Shown: positions 56,164-64,000 of the stretch, one piece after another
Position numbering within the stretch: position 1 is the stretch's first letter
Layout: each line of letters begins with the position of its first letter
Made by a program: the position numbers and the translations under genes
The notes under the pieces: model-generated
Seen by the model: the letters and a program-made list of their open reading frames with translations, nothing else
The model's database searches: none
Told to the model about the DNA's origin: nothing
From: Phycisphaerae bacterium
GTDB lineage: Bacteria > Planctomycetota > Phycisphaerae > UBA1845
DNA: 64,000 nucleotides
Assembly (NCBI GenBank): GCA_029260035.1
Contig: JAJDEA010000222.1
Location: 15,249-79,248 of the forward strand
Direction: 5' to 3'

Positions 56164-58698
56164 TTAACGATCCTTGCTTCCTCGGCCACCTTCATGCGTC
56201 CGATCTTGTTTTTCGCTACGAGCGCCAAGGCCACGAATTGCGCTCCAAAGCCCTGCAAAAAACCCGCTGGATGCGCCTGCGCTTGCAACCATCGTATCGT
56301 CAGTCGATTCGCCATCGGTTTCATCCCAACGATCGACTTCGAACTCGTTATGGGTCTCAACCTCTGATTCGTTATCCCGATTGAATCCGCGATCGGCGTA
56401 TTCAACTTTTCCGGACGAAGTCTCTGACGTATCGGACTCGTTTCCGTTTGATTCATCCGCCGAGTCGGAAGCAGCAAAGGCCGCCTCGAGATTGTCACTG
56501 TGAACGCCGCTCGCAATTTCATGAAAGACGTCCGGCACCTCAAGACCCGCATCGCCATTGGCCAAGAAGCTAACATCATTACTATCTTCCTGGTCCATGT
56601 CCGATGAATAAGCGATTTCCTGCTGCGTATCGTATTCCGTCTCAACCGTATCTGCTAACGGAGTAGCGGACGACGTTTCGGCTACGTCCGCAAGAAAATC
56701 AGATTCAGCTCGCGCCACGTCGACTGTATCCGAAACTTCCTCCAACGGATTCATGACACCAAGCTCTTCGGAACCATCCCAAACAACTTCATCACCTTTG
56801 TCGGAATGCCCCGCCCCACTGCCGCCACCAGACTCATTGCTTTGCGACCCTGCTGTACTTCCCGTCGTTGCCACAGGTACATCGACGACCGGCGAAGAAG
56901 GAGTGGTGTCGGTTGACCCATGCTGAGCCGATCCGCCATCACCTTCAACTGACTCGACGACAGCAACGGGTGTTTGAACGACCGGCGTCACATCTGCGAC
57001 GCTTTCCGTCGGCTCTGGCGGCGCTATCACATCGGACGCCGATTCATCGGCTCCCGATCCACCAGACTCACTCACAGTCACATCGTCAACATCCTTCGCA
57101 ACAGCGGAGGCATCTTCACTCTCGACGTCGTCAGGCGTAGGTGTTGCTACGGGAGCAGGTGCACTTGGCGCCGGAGTGGATGCAGGCGCAGTCGGCGCGC
57201 TCGCAGCCACATTGACCGTAACCGTCTCGGTCGCGGTGTTACCATTGCCGTCATCGACGGTGTAGGTGAAGGAATCGCTGCCGTTGAAGTTGGCATTTGG
57301 CGTATACGAGAACGTGCCATCGCCGTTGTCAGCAACCGTGCCGTTACTAGCTTGAGTAAAGCTGGCAACGGACAGGGTATCGCCATCTGGGTCGCTGTCA
57401 TTGGTCAACACATTGCCCGTCGTAACCGCCGTGTCTTCGGTAGTTGAGAATGTATCGGCCGCAGCTGTTGGTCCATCATTTACCGCAGCCACATTGACCG
57501 TAACCGTCTCGGTCGCGGTGTTACCGTTGCCGTCATCGACGGTGTAGGTGAAGGAATCGCTACCGTTGAAGTTGGCATTTGGCGCATAAGAGAACGTGCC
57601 ATCGCCGTTGTCAGCAACCGTACCGTTACTTGCCTGCGTAAAGCTGGCAACGGACAGGGTATCGCCATCCGGATCGCTGTCATTGGTCAACACATTTCCC
57701 GTCGTAACCGGCGTGTCCTCGGTAGTTGAGAAAGTGTCGGCAACGGCTGTCGGAGCTGAGTTGGACGCAACGTCATTAACAACAACATTGACCAAATCTG
57801 TATGCTCACCACCATTGCCATCGTCCGCCGTTACCGAGAACGTCAGAGTGGTAGGCCCCGTTACGTCCGGTGCCGTGAACGTAGGCTGGGCGTCGGTGTC
57901 ACTGCTTAGCGTTACCGATGGGCCTTGAACCTGCGTCCAGGCATAAGTTAGCGAATCACTGTTGGCGTCGGCGCTCAGAGACGCATCCAGTGTCACGTTA
58001 CTGCCTTCATCCACCGTTTGGTCAACACCCGCATTGGCGACCGGTGCGACATTCACACTGCCTCCGGAACCACCTCCGGATCCGCCAGAGCTACCCGAGC
58101 CTCCGCCAGAACCACCAGAACTTCCGCTTGAACCTCCACCCGAGCCGCCGGAGCTACCTCCAAAGCCACCGCCTGAACCGCCACCCGATCCGCCAGAACT
58201 ACCCGAGCCTCCGCCAGAACCACCAGAACTTCCGCCTGAACCGCCACCCGATCCGCCAGAACTACCCGAGCCTCCGCCAGAACCACCAGAACTTCCGCCT
58301 GAACCGCCGCCGGAGCTACCTCCAAAGCCACCGCCTGAGCCGCCACCTGATCCACCAGAGCTACCTGAGCTTCCGCCTGATCCACCGCTCGAGCCGCCGA
58401 AGAGCGAGTCATCTCCACTGCCACCGAATAGCTGGTCGTTCGAATCACCACCTGACATTAAGTCGTCATCGCTAAGTCCGTCAGCGCCGTCAGTTCCAGT
58501 AGAGGAGTCGTTTCCTTCGGTGGCTCCGTCTAGCGGATCGCCCGTATCCGCATCCACCCAGGTTGCGGAAAGGAGAATGCGAGGCTCGAGCGCTTCAATA
58601 TCCAACGAAGCAGAATCTGGAGTCTTATTAGACTGGTTTCCCTTCTTCTTACCTGATCCGCTGCGACGTTTTGTTTGCTTGCTCTTTTTCCTGGCCAT
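56164..58698 (-). CDS. large secreted protein: basic N-terminus with LEPRILLSA motif, ~115-aa Gly/Ser linker, PKD/Ig-like domain, two cadherin-like tandem ~94-aa repeats, acidic tail and C-terminal hydrophobic/basic segment
   Basis: 844 aa. The N-terminus is MARKKSKQTKRRSGSGKKKG...IEALEPRILLSATW. It is followed by a (G/S)n tract, then VNVAPVANAGVDQTVDEGSNVTLDASLS...LTYAWTQVQGPSVTLS (PKD-like). Next come 2x ADTFSTTEDT.VTTGNVLTNDSDPDGDTLSV...GSDSFTYTVDDGNGNTATETVTVNV. A D/E/S/T-rich region ends in GFFAGLWSAIRGLGARSEKQDRTHEGGRGSKDR. Confidence 0.85.
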   Translation of the reverse strand: MARKKSKQTKRRSGSGKKKGNQSNKTPDSASLDIEALEPRILLSATWVDADTGDPLDGATEGNDSSTGTDGADGLSDDDLMSGGDSNDQLFGGSGDDSLFGGSSGGSGGSSGSSGGSGGGSGGGFGGSSGGGSGGSSGGSGGGSGSSGGSGGGSGGSSGGSGGGSGSSGGSGGGSGGGFGGSSGGSGGGSSGSSGGSGGGSGSSGGSGGGSGGSVNVAPVANAGVDQTVDEGSNVTLDASLSADANSDSLTYAWTQVQGPSVTLSSDTDAQPTFTAPDVTGPTTLTFSVTADDGNGGEHTDLVNVVVNDVASNSAPTAVADTFSTTEDTPVTTGNVLTNDSDPDGDTLSVASFTQASNGTVADNGDGTFSYAPNANFNGSDSFTYTVDDGNGNTATETVTVNVAAVNDGPTAAADTFSTTEDTAVTTGNVLTNDSDPDGDTLSVASFTQASNGTVADNGDGTFSYTPNANFNGSDSFTYTVDDGNGNTATETVTVNVAASAPTAPASTPAPSAPAPVATPTPDDVESEDASAVAKDVDDVTVSESGGSGADESASDVIAPPEPTESVADVTPVVQTPVAVVESVEGDGGSAQHGSTDTTPSSPVVDVPVATTGSTAGSQSNESGGGSGAGHSDKGDEVVWDGSEELGVMNPLEEVSDTVDVARAESDFLADVAETSSATPLADTVETEYDTQQEIAYSSDMDQEDSNDVSFLANGDAGLEVPDVFHEIASGVHSDNLEAAFAASDSADESNGNESDTSETSSGKVEYADRGFNRDNESEVETHNEFEVDRWDETDGESTDDTMVASAGASSGFFAGLWSAIRGLGARSEKQDRTHEGGRGSKDR
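57203..57766. repeat. near-identical 282-bp tandem duplication (2 copies) encoding the cadherin-like modules
   Basis: gcagccacattgaccgtaaccgtctcggtcgcggtgttacc... starts at 57203 and again at 57485. About 250 bp of each copy differ by only a handful of substitutions. Confidence 0.85.
58058..58400. repeat. imperfect tandem repeat with ~63-bp period encoding the Gly/Ser linker
   Basis: gcctgaaccgccacccgatccgccagaactacccgagcctccgccagaaccaccagaacttcc recurs at 58171, 58234 and 58297. The flanking units are degenerate. Confidence 0.8.
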
Positions 58699-58730
58699 AA
58701 CGATTCCCTTTCCGTTTATTCAACTGGAAC

Positions 58731-59234
58731 TTATGCTGCCGACAGAATGGTTTCGACGGTGAGGTTGTCCCAGCGTTCGATTCTGTGAAGAAACCTTTCG
58801 AGTGGGACTCGATGCGTTCCTCGGCTTAGCAACACAAGCTTTTGTGCCCAATTCCTTAGTGCTTCTCTGTTTGCTTTCTTATCATCCAAGAGACGCCGAA
58901 TCTCCCGCCACCAGGGCGTTTCCGGCTCTTTGAAGTTGATCTGATAACCATGATCGAGCGCAAGCGTAACATATGCACCAGTTGTAGCGCATGGGCTGTT
59001 GTCGCTATCTACGACAATGGGACTTGCATTGTTTTGGATTGCCCGCTTGATACGCTCATAGTTCCAGCGTCGTGCCGATGGCAGTAGTTTAGCGGACCAA
59101 TCGTATCGAGCCGGGTTGTCTCCGGCTTGGGTATAAAAGAATTCGTCGAACTCGATGTGAATCCCGCCATCGATCACAAGTTGTCGGCTGGCGAAGGATT
59201 TTCCGCAACTCGGAAGCCCCCGCATGAGAATCAT
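58731..59234 (-). CDS. P-loop NTPase/kinase (AAA_33-like)
   Basis: Walker A GLPSCGKSF sits right after the start MILMRG (ATG 59234; the longest ORF extends to 59441), with VVDSDN as a Walker-B-like motif. 167 aa. It lies 32 nt upstream of the large secreted-protein gene on the same strand. Confidence 0.65.
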   Translation of the reverse strand: MILMRGLPSCGKSFASRQLVIDGGIHIEFDEFFYTQAGDNPARYDWSAKLLPSARRWNYERIKRAIQNNASPIVVDSDNSPCATTGAYVTLALDHGYQINFKEPETPWWREIRRLLDDKKANREALRNWAQKLVLLSRGTHRVPLERFLHRIERWDNLTVETILSAA

Positions 59235-59888
59235 TCTCTTTTGAGTTTTTTGCTCGAATCGTGGGCGAGATGGGCAGGTACAAATACGCGCAGTTACGGG
59301 TTCGACTTCCGCCGAGGTTGATGCAGGCCTCGCGGCATTTCCGTAGCCTATTGCGTTGCCGCCTTCGACAGGATTGGCTTTTTCTATGTCACTTGTTCCC
59401 CGAAACATACCAACATTCCCAATACGACCGCCAATAGGCAAGGACGGAGTTTTTTGGAACTACCGTCTTTGAGGGAAAAACCCTCGGTAATTGAAAGGTA
59501 CGAAACATCCAAGCGGCGGGCAAAACCGCGAACAAGACGAGATTTGAAAACCCAATCCTCTCGGACGTAAGGAGCCCAACTCGTGCTACCTATGTTCACA
59601 TACTGTTTACAATACAGGTCGAAACACATCGGTCAGCACAAGTTATCGGTCAGTAGATTTCGTGAAGGAATTTGACGCGCGATCACTTTTGTACCTTGCG
59701 CAAGGCCGTTCCGAACCATCTTCGTTTGATCGCCTTTACGCACAGTCCGAGAAATGTTTCAATGTTCGGATTGAGGGTCCATCTCTTCAGGTAAGATGGG
59801 ATGCGCACTCGCCGACGATCGATCATTGCGTCCCCAAGCGGGAAAGACGATTCGCGCGAAATGAGAAGAGTGCAAAGCAAACAGAAAG

Positions 59889-61073
59889 ATGGTGATGATG
59901 ACGGACCGAAAATTCGGCAGTGAGTCTCCAAGCCGACCAGTTGTCGCCCGGCCACGCCGCTGGGTAGCAGGCTGGGGGACCATGATCGGTGTCTGGTCGC
60001 TTGTTTTCCTCCTGGCGTGGACGTTGGTTCGACAGACGAGATCAGCGCCGCTGCGCGATCCGCAAATCGAGGCCCGTCCGGTAATCCCTCGAGGCGACCT
60101 TTCGGCTGGCGAGCAGGCGACCGTCCAGCTCTTTGCTCAGACGTCACCCTCTGTCGTATACATTACCAACATCGAATACAGCAGAGTCTCGCTCTTCAGT
60201 TTGGATGTGTTCAAGATTCCGAAAGGTACGGGGTCCGGGTTTATTTACGACCGCCAAGGCTACATTGTGACAAATTTTCACGTCGTGGCTGGTTCGAGCG
60301 CGATTGAGGTGACGCTTGCCGATCACTCCCGGTGGGAGGCTCACGTCGTTGGATATGAAATGGACAAAGACCTGGCGGTTATCAAGATCGATGCGCCGTC
60401 CGAACAACTCAAGCCGATAATAGTCGGGTCTTCTAACGACTTGCAGGTCGGCCAAAAAGTCTTCGCAATCGGGAATCCGTTCGGCTGGGATCAGACGCTG
60501 ACAACGGGGATTGTTAGCGCCCTAGGGAGACAGATCGATTCGATCGTAGAAGGCCGTACGATTCGCGATGTGATTCAAACCGACGCGGCGATCAACCCTG
60601 GCAATTCTGGCGGGCCTTTGCTGGACAGTTCCGGCAGGCTCATAGGGGTCAATACGCAGATTGCAAGCCCTTCCGGCGCAAGTGCCGGGATTGGATTCGC
60701 TGTGCCGGTCGATACCGTCAATCGGATCGTTCCGCAAATCATCAAGTATGGTCATGTTATTAGGCCGGGCCTTGGGGTGCGCATTGCCCCCGACTGGGTC
60801 ACGAAAAGACTGGACCTGCCCGGCCCCTTGCTCGACACCGTCACGACAAACAGTGCCGCCGCCAAGGCAGGTTTACGAGGCACAATCGTTCAGGGGCGAA
60901 GGATTCGGCAACTGGGAGATGTCATCCTTCGCGTTGATGACCGGGAAATTAAACAAGAGGACGATCTCCTGGATGCGCTGGAGCGTCATGCCGTCGGTGA
61001 TGAAGCGACCGTTACCTACTTGCGCGAAGACAAAGTGACTACGACTCGAGTGATTTTACAACAAGTGCGATAA
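59889..61073 (+). CDS. HtrA/DegP-family serine protease with PDZ domain
   Basis: N-terminal TM anchor and catalytic triad blocks TNFHVV (His), DLAVIKI (Asp) and GNSGGPLLD (Ser). A C-terminal PDZ domain is present. Confidence 0.85.
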   Translation: MVMMTDRKFGSESPSRPVVARPRRWVAGWGTMIGVWSLVFLLAWTLVRQTRSAPLRDPQIEARPVIPRGDLSAGEQATVQLFAQTSPSVVYITNIEYSRVSLFSLDVFKIPKGTGSGFIYDRQGYIVTNFHVVAGSSAIEVTLADHSRWEAHVVGYEMDKDLAVIKIDAPSEQLKPIIVGSSNDLQVGQKVFAIGNPFGWDQTLTTGIVSALGRQIDSIVEGRTIRDVIQTDAAINPGNSGGPLLDSSGRLIGVNTQIASPSGASAGIGFAVPVDTVNRIVPQIIKYGHVIRPGLGVRIAPDWVTKRLDLPGPLLDTVTTNSAAAKAGLRGTIVQGRRIRQLGDVILRVDDREIKQEDDLLDALERHAVGDEATVTYLREDKVTTTRVILQQVR

Positions 61074-61103
61074 CCAACGTCAACCTATCCGCACAAGAAC
61101 AGC

Positions 61104-61130
61104 GCGAATGAACAATATTCGCTTGTTTTA
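61104..61130 (+). terminator. candidate rho-independent terminator after the HtrA gene
   Basis: GCGAAT (61104-61109) pairs with ATTCGC (61117-61122) across a 7-nt loop and is followed by TTGTTTTAT. It lies 30 nt after the stop codon. Confidence 0.4.
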
Positions 61131-61582
61131 TAGGACGTTGCTGCCCAAAGAGCTTTTTGAGGTTGCTAGAGCGGTTCTTGCCCTTAAAGCAATTCCCCTA
61201 TTTACAACATGTGAAATACCCAGACCACCTACATTTTGTTGTTCGTAACTCCTTCGTTTGCAACATGTTGTATTGCCTGTGACTTTTTTTGTGAATCGGG
61301 TTCATTTTGGTTCAAGCTCAAAATTCAGGCTTGTCGATATTAGGACTGATAACACTGCTGCACTCGGGGCAATAATCGAAGCCTGAGCTTATAGCAGCGT
61401 TGGCAAGCCTCATTGCTCCTCGGCGATTCACGGATGATAGCCTAGTTGGGGTCGTAGGCGATGGTTGTGTTTCGCCCGGAGGAGGCGACGCCATCGGTTT
61501 TCGGGCGCTCCGCAATTGGACGCGCAGATTCCGCCGGTTGGTGGCGACCGGCATAACGCATTCGCTCAAAGGACGTGGCACA

Positions 61583-61858
61583 ATGAGTGAAATAATCAAT
61601 ATTTCCAGTTATCTCCCGTCGATTTATCAGCCCCGTGAACTGCCGGATTCGAAATCGCCGATCGGCGATTCTGCTCCGTTGGTCCGAGACCGGGTTGAAA
61701 TATCCCCCCGTGGCAGGCTGCTTGCTGAAACCAGCGCATCATCAAGTTTCCGGACGGCCAAGACACAAGCTATACGTGCTGAAATCGAAGCTGGCACCTA
61801 CGAAACTCCCGAACGCATCGAGGGTACAGTGGCTCGTATTCTGGACGTTATCGGCTAG
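61583..61858 (+). CDS. flgM: anti-sigma-28 factor FlgM-like protein
   Basis: 91 aa from ATG 61583. The C-terminal segment TAKTQAIRAEIEAGTYETPERIEGTVARILDVI fits the FlgM C-terminal pattern (K-x-x-I-x-x-G-x-Y-x-x-x-x-x-x-I/V-A-x-x-L). The N-terminus is disordered-looking. Confidence 0.55.
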   Translation: MSEIINISSYLPSIYQPRELPDSKSPIGDSAPLVRDRVEISPRGRLLAETSASSSFRTAKTQAIRAEIEAGTYETPERIEGTVARILDVIG

Positions 61859-62273
61859 CGCATCGCGAAAGCGAATCCCGACATCTAATACGCGACACCT
61901 GGACCGCCTACGCTCCGCTGGAGCAGACTCTATGCCTACTGTAGCGTTCGGTAGCACGCGATTGCTCGAGCATGAGAGCAGCTTGACGCTACCCTTGGCT
62001 GACCGCCGTTATTACGCTGCGCCTTTGATGGTCGTTTGCTCCTCCATCAATACACGGCTGAATGAGCAATGCCTCGCCGTTCGTGCAAGATATCCAATCT
62101 TCGGACTCTGATTTTCCCTAAATGGTCACATAATGTGTGCCATCATGCCATGTTCTGCAAATCAACGCTCTAACTTCCGCGCCCCGGCGATTTGAATCGT
62201 AGACTCCGTGGGGCCCAACGCCGTTTTCGTCAGTTGGGGGAAGAGCTGTTTTCTCTTGCCAGAGGATCATGGC

Positions 62274-63041
62274 ATGATGTCCTATATCGACTTGCACGCT
62301 ACACTCAAGGATTGGCCTTATGACGCCGAGCAGATTTCGGTAAGAAAGATACTTGGCTCCGACGGCGTAATGCGCATTCAAATGCGCGTCGAACTCGGCG
62401 TGCTGCAAATGGAAATCCAGGGAAGGCCTGATGCGGCTGAGCCGTTCGATTGTCCGTCTCTGTTGGATTTCCATCGGAAGCGTCTGGATCGATTTGAAGA
62501 CCGTCACGGCTCGACACATGACTATCAAATGACCGCGATACAGTGCCAGGCACTGCGTGACGAAGCTTCATTGTATTACCGTCGATATGTGGCTAGTTTC
62601 GTTCTCGAGGAATTTGAAAACGTCGTCGAGGATACAACTCACACGCTTGCTATTTTTGACCTGTGCCGAGACCACGCTGGCGATCAGGAAGATCAGGCAT
62701 GCCTGGAATCATTTCGACCCTATGTAATCATGATGCGTGCCCGCGCTCTTGCCTACCAGGCTCTCAATGACGGGGAAGTAGTCAGCGCTTTGGCACATGT
62801 CAATCGTGGCGTCATGCAAATCCAATCTCTTTATGAAGAGATCGGCAATTTTGAAGCATGCGAAACGAGCGAAGAGATAAGAATGTTGCGATCATTGGCT
62901 GCGGACATCAATAAGGATATGCCTGACGACTCGCTACTTTCCAAACGCAAAGCTCTTCGTGAAGCCATCGAAAAAGAACATTTTGAAGAAGCTGCTCGCT
63001 TACGAGATTCGCTGGAGAGTCAGCACGGCGAACGCGCTTAG
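62274..63041 (+). CDS. UVR (UvrB/UvrC motif) domain-containing protein
   Basis: The C-terminus KRKALREAIEKEHFEEAARLRDSLES is a UVR motif. The remainder is alpha-helical with no recognised family. The start is set at ATG 62274. Confidence 0.65.
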   Translation: MMSYIDLHATLKDWPYDAEQISVRKILGSDGVMRIQMRVELGVLQMEIQGRPDAAEPFDCPSLLDFHRKRLDRFEDRHGSTHDYQMTAIQCQALRDEASLYYRRYVASFVLEEFENVVEDTTHTLAIFDLCRDHAGDQEDQACLESFRPYVIMMRARALAYQALNDGEVVSALAHVNRGVMQIQSLYEEIGNFEACETSEEIRMLRSLAADINKDMPDDSLLSKRKALREAIEKEHFEEAARLRDSLESQHGERA

Positions 63042-63181
63042 AGCATGCTCTGAACGGCCAAGCCGTGCGAGCAGGCGAGTACCGATACCGCCGTTTGCCA
63101 TAATCGTTGGTTCGATAGGCATTGCCAGCTTAGCGCGCTCAGGATATCTCCCGACGATCAAAATACTTGACGGCGTGTGCG

Positions 63182-64000
63182 CTATTTTTTCGTCCATTCA
63201 TCAAGCCAACCTATGACGGTATCGTGCCACAAAATACTATTGGCGGGTTTGAGGACCCAGTGGTTTTCGTCAGGAAAATACAGCATTTTGCTCGGAATCC
63301 CGCGCCGCTGCAGAGCTGTGAATGTAGCCATCCCCTGCGTGTCGACGACTCGATAATCCAATCCGCCGTGAATGACGAGCATCGGGGTTTTCCAATTTTT
63401 GACGAAGTTGATGGGGTTGTGCTTTTCGTAGCCTTCGGGATTGCTCCAAGGCGTTCCGATGTGGTCGCGTTCAGGAAACCATAGCTCTTCCGTATCGTAA
63501 TAAGCCATACGTTCGCACAGATTTCCATCGTGATTGACCAGGCAGCGGAATCGGTCAGGCCAATTCCCCGAAATCCAGTTTATCATATATCCGCCATACG
63601 ACGCCCCAAGTGCCGAGACGCGGTCACGATTCATCCAGGGATATCGCTTGAGAGCAGCAGCCAACCCCTTCTGCAAATCCTCCAGAGGTTTCCCGCCCCA
63701 ATCAGATTTAATTGAATCGCAGAATTCTTGTCCGTAGCCGCTCGAACCATGAAAATCGATCATCACCGCTGCATAGCCCGCGCCAGCGTAAGCTTGCGGG
63801 TTCCATCGGTAGTGAAACGTATTTCCAAACGAGCCTTGAGGCCCACCGTGAATGAGAAACGCAACGGGATATGTCTTTTTTGGGTCGAAGTGAATCGGCT
63901 TAACAACGTATCCGTAGACCTTTTCGTCATTCCAGCCTGCAAAAGTAAACTGCTCTATTTCGCCCATCTCTGCCGCAGCTAATCTCGCTTTGTTGATAGA
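63182..64000 (-). CDS. S9 family serine peptidase (prolyl oligopeptidase/acylaminoacyl-peptidase-like), C-terminal catalytic domain; 5' part lies beyond the window
   Basis: Catalytic blocks GASYGGYM (GxSxGG), GGLDYRV (Asp) and DENHWV (His). The reading frame stays open from 63967 to the window edge (SINKARLAAAEMGEIEQF...). Confidence 0.8.
   Translation of the reverse strand, partial: SINKARLAAAEMGEIEQFTFAGWNDEKVYGYVVKPIHFDPKKTYPVAFLIHGGPQGSFGNTFHYRWNPQAYAGAGYAAVMIDFHGSSGYGQEFCDSIKSDWGGKPLEDLQKGLAAALKRYPWMNRDRVSALGASYGGYMINWISGNWPDRFRCLVNHDGNLCERMAYYDTEELWFPERDHIGTPWSNPEGYEKHNPINFVKNWKTPMLVIHGGLDYRVVDTQGMATFTALQRRGIPSKMLYFPDENHWVLKPANSILWHDTVIGWLDEWTKK

Noticed and set aside
56040-56645. 201-aa minus-strand ORF overlapping the 3' end of the large secreted-protein gene in another frame
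   Set aside because: It is an out-of-frame overlap with a well-supported CDS, has no motifs, and would span the intergenic hairpin. It is judged spurious.
58058-58400. Regularly spaced ~63-bp repeats that could superficially resemble a CRISPR array
   Set aside because: The repeats are contiguous with no unique spacers, lie inside a long ORF and encode a Gly/Ser tract. No cas genes are present.
57962-58762. 266-aa plus-strand ORF rich in PPEPP/ELPEPPP repeats
   Set aside because: It is the antisense reading of the Gly/Ser-coding repeat of the 56164-58698 gene. GGN/AGC codons read backwards give Pro/Glu/Leu. The sense gene has recognisable domains on both sides of the repeat.

Overview
This is a 64-kb chromosomal window, most likely from a Planctomycetota (Pirellulales-like) genome. 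That assignment is an inference from gene content: a Ser/Thr kinase fused to a PD40 propeller, a large secreted protein with an N-terminal LEPRILLSA motif, an Hc1-like histone, a paired M16 peptidase, and many TPR/secreted proteins. I can support about 50 protein genes and one tRNA-Arg(CCG); no rRNA, CRISPR array or intact mobile element is visible. Housekeeping genes include ribE-pdxA, pyrF, rsgA, aceE, a PduO-type adenosyltransferase, holA, an HAAO-ACMSD-kynureninase cluster and an aldolase/SDR sugar cluster. Four things stand out. (1) A minus-strand operon at about 50.5-59.2 kb encodes a P-loop NTPase, an 844-aa Gly/Ser-linker plus cadherin-like secreted protein, and a membrane-fusion protein (MFP). 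These are followed by a stand-alone PilZ protein, a GAF-GAF-MFP fusion and a site-2-protease (M50)-MFP fusion. It therefore has three MFP domains and an intramembrane protease but no ABC/RND/MFS pump or outer-membrane factor. I consider it the best candidate for an undescribed c-di-GMP-linked envelope system. (2) An AhpD/CMD-family gene at 39137-39685 is split in the ORF track by an in-frame TGA exactly at the second Cys of the CxxC(xxxH) redox motif. A hairpin follows 12 nt downstream, making it a probable selenoprotein. (3) tRNA-Arg(CCG) at 14633-14706 is followed by three decayed direct copies of its 3' half (12.2, 5.3 and 3.0 kb). These delimit about 11.7 kb of accessory-looking cargo with no integrase, including a roughly 250-bp pseudogene fragment of the repeat-protein gene located 9.5 kb away. 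(4) The window also holds a chlamydial-type Hc1-like mini-histone and tandem Zn-ribbon membrane paralogs. Start codons are often uncertain, because several longest ORFs begin with TTG/GTG or carry spurious N-terminal extensions. All functional calls come from motif recognition by eye, not database searches.
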